Below, one piece after another: positions 1 to 12,660 of a stretch of 64,000 nucleotides of DNA (its first letter is position 1; each line of letters begins with the position of its first letter). The notes below the pieces were generated by a model, which was not told the origin of the DNA, ran no database searches, and saw nothing but the letters and a program-made list of their open reading frames with translations. This DNA comes from Moniliella sp. 'wahieum' (taxonomy: Eukaryota): the NCBI GenBank assembly GCA_003971905.1, contig RSEE01000073.1, positions 124,001 through 188,000 on the forward strand. The letters run 5' to 3'. Made by a program: the position numbers and the translations under genes.

Positions 1-599
1 AGGAACCCATAAAGGCCCAGGCGGTACTGCAATGAGACAAACACAAAGTCACCGGGAGCTTCGGGGAGAGCGGGACCGGGTCGTACTGGCCATTGCCAAA
101 GCCGTAACCTATAGAGACGCGTTGAAGGGTCAGAGCGGGACCAAGGCCCAACATAGAGACAGGCGGAAGGGGACTGACCTCCTCCATGAATATAAACGTA
201 GACGGGCAAGTTTGAGGCGTTGGCAGGGGCCCACACGTTGAGGAAGAGGCAGTCTTCGTCGGTAGGCACATAGTATGGCGAGGGCAAGTCCTGTGCGGCA
301 GGCGACTGAGGGCACTGGGGGGCGTACTGGGAGGCGTCAATGATATGCGATCGGTTTGGCTGAGGCGGGAGGGGTGCCTGGAAGCGGTTCTTGCCAGTGA
401 CGGGCTGGGTAAAGCGGATGCCAAGCCAGCGGTTGTAGCCTGAGGCTGGGTCGGCTACGCCGCGGTAGATGCCAGAACCAGCATCGACGACAAGAGAGGC
501 AGGGGAGGAGCTGGGAGGGGTGAGGGGGCGAGCCGACACGGCGGTGGCGGCGAGGGCGATGGCCACCAAGCGACCCAGGAGCGATGGGGAGCACACCAT
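1..599 (-). CDS. Secreted type-B carboxylesterase/lipase (alpha/beta hydrolase), 5' part; runs off the window start
   Basis: Translated by hand; absent from the ORF track. ATG at 599 gives a signal-peptide-like MVCSPSLLGRLVAIALAATAVSARP, then YNRWLGIRFTQP..RFQAP, QCPQ and EDCLFLNVWAPANASNLPVYVYIHGG. After a GT-AG intron (178-109) it continues GYGFGNGQYD...FVSLQYRLGLYGF. These are carboxylesterase-B family motifs. TATA-like CATAAATA at ~704-697. Confidence 0.93.
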   Translation of the reverse strand, partial: MVCSPSLLGRLVAIALAATAVSARPLTPPSSSPASLVVDAGSGIYRGVADPASGYNRWLGIRFTQPVTGKNRFQAPLPPQPNRSHIIDASQYAPQCPQSPAAQDLPSPYYVPTDEDCLFLNVWAPANASNLPVYVYIHGGGQSPSACLYVGPWSRSDPSTRLYRLRLWQWPVRPGPALPEAPGDFVFVSLQYRLGLYGF

Positions 600-3500
600 G
601 AGGAGAGAATAAAGGACGGAACCGAAGGCGCACACAAGGAAATGTTGATGCTCCCCTAGGTGGGCGTGGGGCGTGGGGAGCTTGAGGCTTGGGGGGTATT
701 TATGTTGTTCTTAAGAGCCTACGTAGTACAGACGAAAGAAGATTCCAGAAGTATTGACGCGCCAGGCCAGGCCACGCCAAGGGTGGAGGCCGGGTTCGGT
801 TGGGATCAGGCCGATGAAGCCGGAAGGGACTGGGGGATGGATGCCCACAATGGGCGGCAGCGTGCTGTGAGCACGGCGTAGACCAGGTACCGCCTAACGC
901 AGTTCACGCGTTCACGGCGCTACGCATCCGAATCCGAGTCGCACAGATCGGCACGCCTCGTCTCCCCATAACAGCGGCAGTGGCTGTAACAGTCGGGGCT
1001 AAACGAGGGAGACCAAGGTCCTGTCAGAGGCGGGGGGAAAGGCAAGATCGTTCGTGGGAGGAAACAGAAGGCATCAGGCAGAGAACAGAAGCAAAAGGGA
1101 AGGGAAGAGCGAGAGACACAGGATGCGGAATTGGAAATTGGAGCGAGCTTAGTCATTCGGTGACAGTGGCCCAGATGGACGATCGGTCGTGGATCGGTGG
1201 CAGCACAGGAGAGCAACCCGGCTGTGGCTGAGTGGGGACATCATGCATCATGCATCACCGGTCACCAACAGCGGTCGCCTGCCTCGACACGGCCAAGGCT
1301 CGGCCCGAGGATGCTCGATCGATAACCCCACAGGATACCCCACAGAGTGGGGTCGGGAGTGTGCGTGCCTGCGCGAGCTGAGTCCTGAGGCTGAGTTCTG
1401 CAAGCGTCGGGTCTCAGGGCAAACGCACTTGCCGGTATATGTCTTGCGTTTGGTGGCTAATACGCGCTACGCACAGTGATGCGCACGTTTTTTCCTGCTG
1501 GGCCGAGCCGAACACAGCCGGTCAAAAAAGCTACACGAGACGGACGAATCAAAGGCCGACAAAACTCAAAAAGGCCGCCTGGGCCACGACCGCCACCGCG
1601 CCAGTGTGGGTGCGCTTTGACAGTGTTCCATATCTGTCGCCGACCTGAGGGGGAGAGGCTGGAAGAGGCAAGGAGGAAGTGGCGCTGGCGGTCAGGCGGG
1701 GGGGGGGGGCGCACAGAACACAACTGAGTGTTCTGTGCTGAGTGGCTGAGTACTATCACAGTTTTGGGGGGCTTTCCCCTCGAAGCCTCACCATTGGGGT
1801 TGTTGGGGGTCGGTTCGCATAGCAAGGTTGTGCGTATGCCCGCAACAAGTAGGACTAGTGTGGCTGTAGATGAGGCTCGGTGCCTGAAACGTTGGCCAGA
1901 AGGTTGACGCAGGTAAAGACCTGAGGGTATGACAGGTCCTGTGATGTCACAGCACTACAACTCCCAACTTTTGTAGTATCGCCGCTGGATCCGTACAGCT
2001 GAAAAGGAGACCGAAAGGAGAACGGCGCAATGAATACCGGGTCGAAATGAAAGGACACGGAAATACCTAGTAGTCGCTGATGGAAGCAGGTCGGTAGGAT
2101 GCTGGTGAACTATATACAGGAGTAACGTAGGAGTTGCTTGGTGGGTTAAGGATGGGTTTGCAAAGGATGTTGTTACAAAATGACCCGTTGGGGGGAAGAA
2201 CACCGTAGATGTCACGGGCGGGCGCCGCCAGGGGGCCCGCCCTGGGGTTTTTGGGGTACAATCCCTTAGGCGACGGTAGGTCGACTCGCGGTAGTTTCGG
2301 GCTTAGGCTGGTTGGTGCGTCCGAGCGGAGCTAGGGACGAGGAGAGGCCTTTGGTGGGGCGGCTGCACGTGTGGCAAGGCTGCGTCTGCACCGGCTTGGG
2401 CCGTAGTAACGTGTCTGAAGCCTCCGGGACTTAGGGACGGGAGGAGGCAGAGGGGGACAAACACTGCCTCAACAGAGACTGGGAATCGCCGCGACCAGAG
2501 GAGGGCTCGCGCGATTGGACTGACGAAGGGCTGGAGGACGAGGTCGGAGGAGAAGTCGGACGCTAACAAGAGAAGCTGTCTGTACTGGATAAATTGGCTG
2601 GAAACGGGCAGGAGTCGGACAGGATAGACGGGAAGGCGAGAGGATGACGAGAAAGGACGAGAATGGAAGGTGGGGGAAAAGATCCCCATCAACCAGGGGT
2701 ACAGGCAGGATCAAAAGGGAAACGGATACAAGAGGGGGTGTAGAAAGGAAGACATGTCAAAAGCGGGGTTGGTCGCCGCAGGCGCGACCGAGAAAGGAAA
2801 AGGAAACGGGAACGAGGCGGCAGACGCCGCCACGGCATTGGAAGCTCGGTGGCCTTATTTAGGCCGGCCGACTTGGACTTGGGCGGGGGGCGACTATTGT
2901 CGCGCGGAGCATGGTCCTTGTGCCACCGCACAGGGTACAACCAACCATCATCATACTTGGTTGGCCTGCGGAGCACGCTCTACTGGGCATGTGCGGAGCC
3001 GGCGGGCCTTAGCTTCGGTCGGACCATCTCGTGTCCGCCGCAGCCCGTGACAGTAGAACAACGGCTATACTACTCAAACAGGCGCTTTAAGGAATTGGCA
3101 TATACAGCGAAGAAAGGACGGAATAAAGGCGATGAATGTATGGCTCTCAAAAGGAGTACAGATCAAATACGGAAATGTTCTCCGCCAAACTCAGTTGGGA
3201 ACAGGACCAATCAAGCCCCAAAAGGACCCAAAGTAAAGTGGAGAGGTTCCCCGCCCTCAGCTAGAAACGTAAAAGGCATGTGGGGAGGATCTCACAAGCA
3301 GAACGAGACGATCATATGAGGAAGCTAACGTCCATCACATCTGGATGCTCAACTTGGAGCATATTTGCGTCCAAGACCAAAAAGATGATGTAAATCAGAT
3401 ACTCCAAAGCTCACGCACGGAGGGCCATGTCGGCTATGCAAAAGGAACTTACTCTTAACATTCAAGCCGGCCGGCGCACTCAGTCTTGCCATGCCCAATG

Positions 3501-4217
3501 TATAGTAGACCTAACCGAGGCAAGAGAGACAAGGGGAGAGGATGGGCTCGGCGGAGCTACTACTAGTAGGAAGACGGGGAACAGAGAGGCGACGATGGGA
3601 TGTGTGTTATTTTGTGAGAGGCTGCGGCTATATACCAAAAGACGAGAGGTGAACTATATTATGTAGATTCGCGGCCGTAGCAAAGGAAATGCAGCAATCG
3701 CGCATGGAGAAGAAGCAAGGGCAATACAGGCCAGGCCTGATGAAGGAAAAGCAAAAGGGTAGTGGGAGAATCGTCAATGCCATTTTCATGTTGTATCGAC
3801 GAGACCAAAGAGAGAGAGAGTTATGGGAGCACACCACTGCATAGATATGGAGACAAAAGAAGAACAAGAAGCTTCTTTTGGCTGTACCTAGTATGCCTAT
3901 GCCTTCCCATCCACAGGGGCAACGCGAGGCCATCTGTATTCGTGGCTGGGGATAGGAACACTTTTGGACACAGGGGAGCAGCTAGATTAGGCGGTGCTGC
4001 TAGGGTTGTGCGGCTGCGCGCGGTCAATCTGCCAGGGGGATTCCCATTTCACTAGTCACGGGACCCACGACTGGTCTGATTAAGCACCCCGCCCGGGGGA
4101 GCAGTCGTCGATCATCGATCATTGATGGATCCCCTGAGTACGATGCATGATCGATGATCCGCCTTGCTCCGCATCCCAGCCCGTCTCTCCGCCACCACCA
4201 CCAGCTCAGCTCCAGCT

Positions 4218-4275
4218 CCTCTTCCACCTCCTCTTCCACCTCCTCTTCCACCTCCTCTTCCACCTCCTCTTCCAT
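4218..4275 (+). repeat. 12-bp tandem repeat (TCCACCTCCTCT)n, about 4-5 copies
   Basis: Read directly; lies in the 5' region of the striatin gene and would encode SSST if the ATG at 4154 is used. Confidence 0.8.
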
Positions 4276-4345
4276 CACCACCACCACCTCCTCCACCTCC
4301 TCGCCTCCCATCCCCCCCCCCCCAGCGCCCCGCGCGAGCATCCCC

Positions 4346-7046
4346 ATGAGCGCCACTCCCCCGTCGGCGCTGGTGCATCCACATGCACAGCCTCCGCCGC
4401 CTCCCCAGCCCTCCCCCCCCCCCCCGCCCCCGACTACACCTTGCCTGGCACCCTCCACTACCTCCAAATGCAATGGCGCCAGTTCGAGCGCGAGCGGAAC
4501 GACTGGGTGATTGAGCGAGCGGATCTGCGGCGCGGGTGGCGCTGCTGGAAGGTGAGCGCCGTGCGCAGGCTCACGTCAAGATGGACCTGCTGCGCCGCAT
4601 CAAGATGCTTGAATATGTCTTGCGCCACGAACGGTACATGTGCTCTTCTGCCCCGCATCTATCTGCCTTTGCGACGCTGACCCTCTTTCTCGCCTTAGCG
4701 CACTGCATCTCTCGGGCCCACCGCCACGCCTCCTCCCAACCACGTCCCAATCGTTACCTCCCACCAATCCCCAGCCCCAGCCCCAGCCCCAGCCGCTTCC
4801 CCCGTCCACCCTCCACCCAGTCCACCCAGCCAATCCAGAAGGCCTTCACTCGTCTCCCGCGCCCTCCCTATCGGCCGCTACTACCACCAACCATCTCCAT
4901 CTCGTCTCCTCGCTGCGGGACCTTCCACCGGCCCAGGTCTGGGCCCGCGAAATGCAACAGCGTGCCCGTACCCGCCAGTTCCTGGGGCAATGTTTGCAAG
5001 AAATTAACGACCTGACGTACGCCAAAGCGTTGTGCACTCAACCGCCCGTGCCTTTTTCCCCAAGGAACGACTTGGGATCCTCTGAAAGCGGCGAAGTGGC
5101 CGGATCCGCCACTGCCTTTTACCTCGCCAAAAGTTCCGACGCGTTTGATAGTGGTCTGGGGGCTGGCTCTGGTTCTGACGAACCTTCATCTTCCGCTCCC
5201 AGTGATGACCAGGAGCACCTTGGTCCCCCTCCCAATGCGAATTCCCTCTCCCCGCCGCTGGCTCGGGTTCAGTCAGCCGGCTCGGGTGATGATCCCCAGG
5301 CCGACCAGAATGCCTGCCTGGATTCGAATTCGCTTAGGAGAGGAGGGGAGGATACTGAAGTGGGAGTTGGAGAAGGCGATCAAGAACATGGTGCTAGGGA
5401 GGTCTCGGGCATTGTCTCGCCAACTGCCATGACCGAGCTACAACGTACCGGAAGCCTCTCCCAAGCACGACGGCATCGTGGCCGAGGCGTGAGGGAGGCA
5501 AGCGAGGAAGAGACTAACACTGCCGGGGACGTAGATCGGGTGACATCTTCTGATGTTTCGTCGTTGGAGGACGGAAGCCGGTCCACCATGGCCGTTGCCA
5601 GCGTCGCTCAACATTGGCGGCTGAGCGGGGAGTTACGTCACCACCTCGACGCGGTACGTTCAATCGCATTTGATGAGAAGCACGCTGTGCTGGTATCGGG
5701 TTCGGACGACGGGACGGTCAAGTACTGGAACTTGGATCCTGCGCACCCGCCTGTCCCTTCGGGTGTGCTCGATCGTCGAGCTGGAACGAGCAGTGCCGCC
5801 GTTTCGGCCTACCGTCCCGATGGTACACCTACGCCCGTTCAACCGGTCATGACGTACCGTGGCCACAGTGGCCGTGTGACTTCGGTGCTGGTTAGCTCGC
5901 TCTACAAGCGCGTGTACTCAGCTTCGGTCGATGCAACGGTCCGTGTCTGGCGAGCACCGAGGGACGAGACGATGCTCTATGCGCCGTACGACCCCTCGTC
6001 CGACGTGGCCGTCTTGGCCGCTCACACCGATGCGATTTGGCACCTGGCCTTTTTACCTGCGACGGCACGTGCCGTGGCGGCACAAAGTGCACCGCCCGTG
6101 TCGGGAGGCATGCAAATTACCGAACACGGCTACCTTGCTTCGGTTTCAGCCGATGGGACGACCAAAGTATGGGATTTGCTGGCTGGTAAAGTGCCCACAC
6201 TGAAAACCAGTTGGACCTACCATGATCCTTCCCGCCCATCCACGCCTGGGGGGGAAGGGGAAGAAACCCACCGGAACCGGGACCGGGACCGGGACCGGGA
6301 CCTTCCCATTCCTACGGCTGTTGCGGCCTACCAATCGGACTGGCGGATGTGTCTGGTCGGGTACACCAACGGCGCAGTGCAAGTTGTTGAGATTGAGACG
6401 GGCATGCTGGTGCGCAGCTTGGGTGCGACCGAGGCCGGGAGTACGAGTGCGTCGCAAGTGAATCAAATGGTGGTCCATCCTACCCTGCCATTGGTCGTGA
6501 CAGGCCATGAGGATGGCAGTCTGCGTCTCTTGCACCTCGATACGGGCACGGTACGGTCGTTGGTCACCCTCCCTCTGCCCGTGACCGCCCTGGACATGGA
6601 CCCGGCCGGCTTGGCCCTCGTATCGGGCGGTCCGGATGGGAGGATTCGGATGTGGGATTTGTCGTTGCAGGACAAAGAGGTGGTAGATGGGCAGTCGGAT
6701 TCGTCTGCTTCGTCTTACCTTTCGTCCCACTCGCCTTCTCCCTCTACCTCTCCCTCTTCGCTCTGTTCTTCTTCCTCGTCCGAACCCCACCCCAGCTCCG
6801 AGAGCAAGAGCAAAAGCAAGAGCAAGAGCAAGAGCAAGGACGAGGCGGCGAGTAGGCCCAACGGGTCGCTTCCGACCGAATGGATGGGCGAGCCGGTCGG
6901 ACAGGAGGGAACAGAGCTGCGATGTGTGCAGGAAGTGCAGGCGCACACGAGCAAAGCTGGCGAAGGCGTCCTTTGCGTTGCCTATCATCGTTCTGCCGCT
7001 CTTTGCTTCGGCGGGAGCAGACGGATTGATTCAGACGTACGACTGA
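4346..7046 (+). CDS. FAR8: Striatin family WD40 protein (STRIPAK B''' subunit, Far8/Pro11-like)
   Basis: Striatin N-terminal domain YTLPGTLHYLQMQWRQFERERNDWVIERADLR..LEGERR..KMDLLRRIKMLEYVLRHER; probable intron from ~4635; RQFLGQCLQEINDL; WD40 repeats (HLDAVRSIAF..LVSGSDDGTVKYW, HPTLPLVVTGHEDG); C-terminus FASAGADGLIQTYD* in an adjacent frame. Several 1-nt indels. Alternative upstream ATG at 4154. Confidence 0.93.
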
Positions 7047-8325
7047 TCCGATCCAACCGGACCCGACCCGGTCCGATTTAGTTTTGGCACGCCCTCAGTC
7101 GGCCCCGGGACATGCTTCGCCCACCTCGCTTACCTCGCCCTTCCCTGTTTTGTAGAAACTGCGCGTGCTGTGTGTTGTATGCTATGTGCTGTGTGCTGTG
7201 TGCGGCATGCACCCCACACTCCCTCTCCGTGGCGATGCGCCACGTACTCCACCGCCTTTGCCCCCCGTATTGAATGGTCCTCTGACGTTGTACGATCCCA
7301 ACTCTCATTAGGCGAGCGGACTTGACTAGCTTGGATATGCTCGTTTATGGCGTGACTGGTGCCCAGACCTTTTCCCCAGCCTTTCTCCTTTCTCCCGTCG
7401 GGTGTGGGGAGGAGACAAGACAGATTTCAAGGCCCGTCCAAACGCCCCGCACCGTCGGCTCCCCTTTCCACCCTTCCACCCGCTCGAGCCTGCATGTGAA
7501 CGCGATGTCTTTCTTCGATCGATGGGACTAAGGGAGGGTTACACGTTGGACTCAACATTTCGGTTGAACGCGAAAGTTGATGCTGTTGATGGGACAAATG
7601 ATGTATACTCTACTAGAATATGCCCGAAAACGCTGTAGACCCTCCGCACCGCGCCGATCCCGTCTTTCTTTGCTTGTTACGAACGGTACCAATACTAACT
7701 TTTACTTTATTCGTCCCGGCTGCAATATACGGACACGGACTCTCCGTACCGTCGGGACAGAGGGTGAGTGGGTTCCTGCGAGAGGAAGAAGAGGGACAAG
7801 ATCAAAGAGGTATACGGAAGTGTGTACGTATGTACAGAAGGAGGGAAGTAAGACAAACAGAACGTGTGGGATCTTTGATCCATCGATCATCGCAGAGAAG
7901 GATAGTATATCAAAAAGGAAGAGCTACTAAGGCCAAAGCCCAGCGGGTCGAAACGACCGATCGGATCTGCGGTATAATCCCCTTGATCCGCTCGAGGCGT
8001 TTGTATTTGGCAGGTACTGAGAGCGTGGAGAACCACGGGGGCAAAACGGTGTTGGTTTGTACAGCGTATCGTAAAACGCGTGAGGCCTGAACTCAGGCGT
8101 CCCTGAGGCCCCTGAGGCCTGAGGGCCGGAAAAGCAAAAGAAAATGCCATGCCAACCAAAACCCAAAGAAAAACTCAACTCGGCTTCACGACAAAAACTA
8201 AGGACAAAAAACAAAAGGGATGAGAGTCTCTCATCTCTCATCTCTCATCCGTCGACCGAAAGAAACGAGTAGGTTAGGTGCTTGGCAACGCAGCAACCAG
8301 CGAGGGCGAGGTGTTGGGCAGCGCC

Positions 8326-10520
8326 TCACCACCCCCCACCACCATTACTTTCACCGCCATTACCTTCACCGCCATTACCTTCACCGCCATTACCTTCACC
8401 GCCATTACCTTCACCGCCATCATTGTCTTCACCACCATTTGCATCTTCCTGCACGGTCCGAGCCCGGGCTTGGCCATCCGCTTGTCCAGGTGCAAGTCCA
8501 AATCCCCATTGCGACCCCCATGCCCGACCGCGACCTCGCCCCTGACCCCGACCGCGCCGTCGAGGGACCGTGCGACCCACCTCGCCAAACGTGGCGAGGT
8601 TGCGTTGCGCCTCGTACTGGCGCAGGTGGCGTCGGTCTTGCTGGGAGGGGGGCAAGCCGGTGGGAAAGCCAACAAACTGGGGACCGACGGGGTCAGAGAG
8701 AGACGGTCAAAGAACCCCGCTTTCTTGTCGTAGAACTTCTTGTTGGTCGGAGTTGGATTGGTAGTGGTAGTGGTATTGGTATCGGGTTTGGTATTGGTAT
8801 TGGGGTTGGTATTCGGGTTCAGGTGCGGGTTGAGATTCTCGTCGTTCGCAGGGGCTTTTTTGGATGGGAGGGAAAGAGGAGAAAGAGAAGGAGAGGAAGA
8901 AGATACCAAGTTGACCACGTCCCCTGCCTCTTCCCCATCCCCATCGGCCTTAACCTCAACCTCAACTTCAACCTCAACCTTAGCCGCAGCCTCAGCCGCA
9001 GCCACAGCCTCGCCATCTGACGATGCCCGTGCACGAAGCGAGGGAGAAGAGACCAACATGTGGGTCGGTTTGCGAAACTGCGCATTGGCCTTTTCAAAAT
9101 CAAAGTCGATCGATAGGTCGGTTTCGGGTCGAATCAGTCCAGTGGGTCCAGTGGGTCCGTTGGGTGCTCGGTTGGCCCGCCCGCCCCGTCCGACAGGCGG
9201 ATGGGCACTGATCCCGGGCGGGGCACGCAGCGAGTGTGTGAGGGGGCGAGCGGAGGAGGCCGCTGCCAACACCGTGGTAGGTGCATACGCCGCGGGTGAC
9301 GGGGACGCATGAGGGAAGGAGGGCAGGGCGGGCGCGACGGACCAAGTTGGCACAGGAGGTAAGAAGTTGGATCCTGTCCCCTCAGGGGGGACATTCGTCT
9401 TCCTCCCGTCCCCGCCCCCACTGCCACTCATATTCTCACCCACGCGCGTACCCAGGAGGTCATGAACCAATTCGTCGGCGGCCACCGTGCTCGGGTGGCG
9501 CACCGTACCCGTACCCTTACCCGTACCCGTACCCTCGACGTCGCTCGATGCGGCCGTCGTACCCTCCGGTGCAGTGCGTGACGAGCTGCGGTGGGACGTA
9601 CGTTGGGTTGGTTGGGTTGGTTGGGCCGTCGGTTTGGGCGGAAGCGAGTCGGGCTTGGTGGGAGGGAGGGCGCGGTGGGTGGGGACGTGGCCCTGGGACG
9701 AGGGGGAGGGGGTAGGTGGGGCGATCCCTGCGAGAGATGGGGACGGAGAGGGCGACAGGGACGAGGTGGGAGCGTGGGTTGGGGCAGGAGCGGTGGTGGC
9801 GGGACGGGGTGGGCTGAGCGCCTGGGACGATGGGCTCGGGTAGGTCGGTGCGGGAGGTGGTAGGGCAAAGGGGCTAGCGGGCGGAGGCCAGGGTACGTAC
9901 GAAGGTGCGATGCTCGACGGCGCAGGTGGCGCCAAGTACGGCGGTGGGAAAGGAGGGTAGATGTACGGTGGGTCGTAAGGCCGGAAAGGTTGGCTCGGTG
10001 CGCCCGTGGGCGACATCAGGGCCCAAGGTACAACGGCCGGCGGGGGCGCAGGACTGGTCTGCTGCTAACAAGGGAGGTATTGTGGTCAAAAGCAGGATCC
10101 CCCCATACAAGGAGCACAGTGGGCCAAGCAGCGTTCTTACCCTGACCACGGCGGGGTCCGAGAGGGGTGTTGGGTACGGCGAGGTGGGAGCTGGTGCGGG
10201 TTCAACCGACAGGGTCTTGATGTCGGAAGCGCGAAAGACGACCAGATGAAAGACGGTTTGGGTGGGCCCGAGCTCGTCCGATGCACGGCCCACGGCGGCC
10301 AGCGGCCTTCGGTGCCAAAGCTGCGCACTGTTTCAAGCGTAATCGTCGTATCGGCAGGATTGATGGCCGCGAGCAGACCCTGGTAGCGGTGCTCGGACTT
10401 GGCGACGAGCGAAATCCACTGGCCAATATACTGGCTGGGCCCGGCGTCAGGGGCTGGTGCTGGCCCAGACGCGGTGCCAGACGCGGACGAGGACGTGGAT
10501 TTGGTGCCACGAGCGGACAT
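8326..10520 (-). CDS. SCD6: Scd6/Lsm14 (RAP55) decapping activator / P-body protein
   Basis: LSm14 domain YIGQWISLVAKSEHRYQGLLAAINPADTTITLETVRSFGTEGR..VFRASDIKTL; intron 10140 to ~10059; DFDFEKANAQFRK, FFD box (FYDKKAGFFDRLS), TFG box (RNLATFGEVG) and RG-rich tail. The TFG box and true stop (8326) are in the frame of ORF 8326..8655, so indels are present. Confidence 0.93.
8345..8425 (-). repeat. 15-bp coding tandem repeat encoding (GEGNG)n in the Scd6 tail
   Basis: CATTACCTTCACCGC, about 5 copies on the + strand. Confidence 0.85.
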
Positions 10521-11243
10521 GGCGCAGACAACACTGGCGGGAACAGCGGTTATACGCTGCCGGGGAGAGAGCGGAAAGGGAAGCAGAGGAGAGGGAATGG
10601 GAACGAGAGGGGGGGGAGGGTGATGGACAGAGGGGGGATGGGGTCGAAAGGGTGTTTTTGTCGGGGGGGCGATCAAGGGGTGGAAGCAAGCCAGCATGTC
10701 ACCCGCACCTCGACAGTGGCGAGAGAAAAGCGCCTGTCTATAACTAGCGAAGCGCCCACACGCGAGAAGCACATACAGAAGCACCCCAGCCAGGCGCCCA
10801 CGCCTGCGCCACAGGGGGCGTGCGCTGCGTTCAATTGTTCATTTCCCGCCCCTCTGCTACGTCCAACGCCTTCTAACAACACATCCCACTCGGTCATCTC
10901 GGGTGTCAACGCAAGCATCGCTCCAAGCATGGCCGCAATCCAGTCTGGCGCCCATGCAGCTAGTTGCGCCTCCAAGCTCCCCGGGCCATCATCTCTCAGG
11001 CGCAGGGCAGGACACGCCCCCTGGATGGCATGGCCAGCGCCAAGATGATCCCGGTCGCATCCATACCAAAAAGTGGAGCCGAACCGCTGTAACATCGTCT
11101 ACCCTCAACTTCCCCCTCACTCATACCGAGGGTCTTCTATCGCATACATCATGTGGCCCCCAGAGGGCAGCTAGTGCATTGAATCTCGTAATGATGAATT
11201 ACAGCAGAGGGGCACACTGCATATGCGTGGCAGATGAGCACAC

Positions 11244-11931
11244 TTAGGGCTTCAGCACCTCGGACGAGATGACCTTGCCGTCCTCGAGCTTGTAGATGTA
11301 AGGCACACCAGTGGCAAGCTCACGCTTGACAATCTGCTCGCCAGACAGGTGCTCGAGCTCCTTGATCATGGAGCGGAGCGAGTTGCCGTGGGCAGTGACA
11401 ATGACCGTCTTGCCGGCCTCGACAAGGGGGAGAATGTGCTCCTTGTAGTAAGGGTAGACACGCTTGCCGGTCAACTCGAGCGACTCGCCCTCGGGAGGGG
11501 GCACGTCGTAGGAGCGGCGCCAGATGAGCACCTGCTCGTCGCCCCACTTTTTGCGGGCGTCGTCCTTGTTGAGGCCGGTGAGAGCACCGTAGTCACGCTC
11601 GTTGAGCGCCTGGTTGCGCGTAATGGGCACCTTGCCCGTCAGGCCGAGCTGCGAGCTGGATGTCGAGCGTGTGCTGGGCACGCTGCAGGTCCGAGGTGAA
11701 GGCCTGGTCAATGTGGGTGAAGCCAGCCTGCTTGAGGAGCTTGCCACCGAGAGCAGCCTCCTCGCGGCCCTTTTCGGTCAGGTCGGGGTTCTTCCAGCCA
11801 GTGAAGAGGTTGAGCTTGTTCCACTCGGACTCGCCGTGGCGGGAAAGGATGAGGGTGCTGCGGGGGGGGGGGGGGAGGGTCAGTGGGGGAGCAGGGCAGG
11901 GCAGGCAGTCGAGAACGTACCCAACAACCAT
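11244..11931 (-). CDS. GPM1: 2,3-BPG-dependent phosphoglycerate mutase
   Basis: Exon 1 11931-11921, intron 11920-11858 (GTACGT..CAG), then [47 protein letters not shown]. One apparent indel near 11650. TATATA at ~12014-12019. Confidence 0.97.
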
Positions 11932-12606
11932 TTTGCGTGAGGTGAAGTGAGCGGTGGTGGGGAGGAGGGAGGAGATGGTGGTGGGAGCGTGGGGGCGTGG
12001 GCGCGGAGGGGGCTATATAGGCGTGGGAGGCGGGCGAGGGGATGGAGATTGGCTGCTGGGGGGGGTTCGTGCCAAACCAAACCCGGTTGCCGCCGGCAGC
12101 CGGCCAGTGGTGCGATTCACGGCTGAGGTTCTGCGAGGGCGCACGCACTCAGTCCTCGTGTCGTCCTCGGCCGCGACGCGCTGAGAAGCGCCGCGACGGT
12201 CTGGCCCGTGCACACTGGCCCCCTGCGCACCGGGCCAAGCGGCGCGGGCGCACAACCGGGGGGCCGGGCATCATGCATCACCCATCCCTCAGCGGCCAGC
12301 GCACACAAGCACGCCCCTGGCGCAGCACGCATGCAGCACGCATGCGGCCAGTGTCGCTGCGCCCGCCAGTTCAGCTTCTGCTGCTGCGACACTGGCCCTG
12401 TGCCCCCACGGCCCCCGTCCGTCGGAATTACGCCACTCTGGGGAGCGCCCAGCTTGCAATTTCAAACCCCCCGCCGCACTAGGGTTGCGCGACTGCAGCG
12501 TCCACACTGCCCCCCGCCTGGCCTGCCTGGGCGATCGGCGTCCGGCGCCAACAAGCGGGAGAGCGCCCTGGGCGTCCGCTTGGCCATGCACGTCATGCTG
12601 AACAGC

Positions 12607-12660
12607 CTGCCTGCCCTCCACGGGTGGGTCTGCCTGCCCTCCACGGGTGGGTCTGCCTGC
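12607..12660 (+). repeat. 23-bp tandem duplication CTGCCTGCCCTCCACGGGTGGGT x2
   Basis: Two exact adjacent copies (12607-12629, 12630-12652) followed by CTGC repeats, upstream of GPM1. Confidence 0.85.

Noticed and set aside
1850..3950. Short ORFs between the carboxylesterase and striatin genes
   Set aside because: No recognisable motifs or consistent exon chain; cannot support a gene call.
8274..8460. (VMAVK)n C-terminus given by the ORF track for Scd6
   Set aside because: The conserved TFG box lies in another frame, which ends at 8326 and reads (GEGNG)n.
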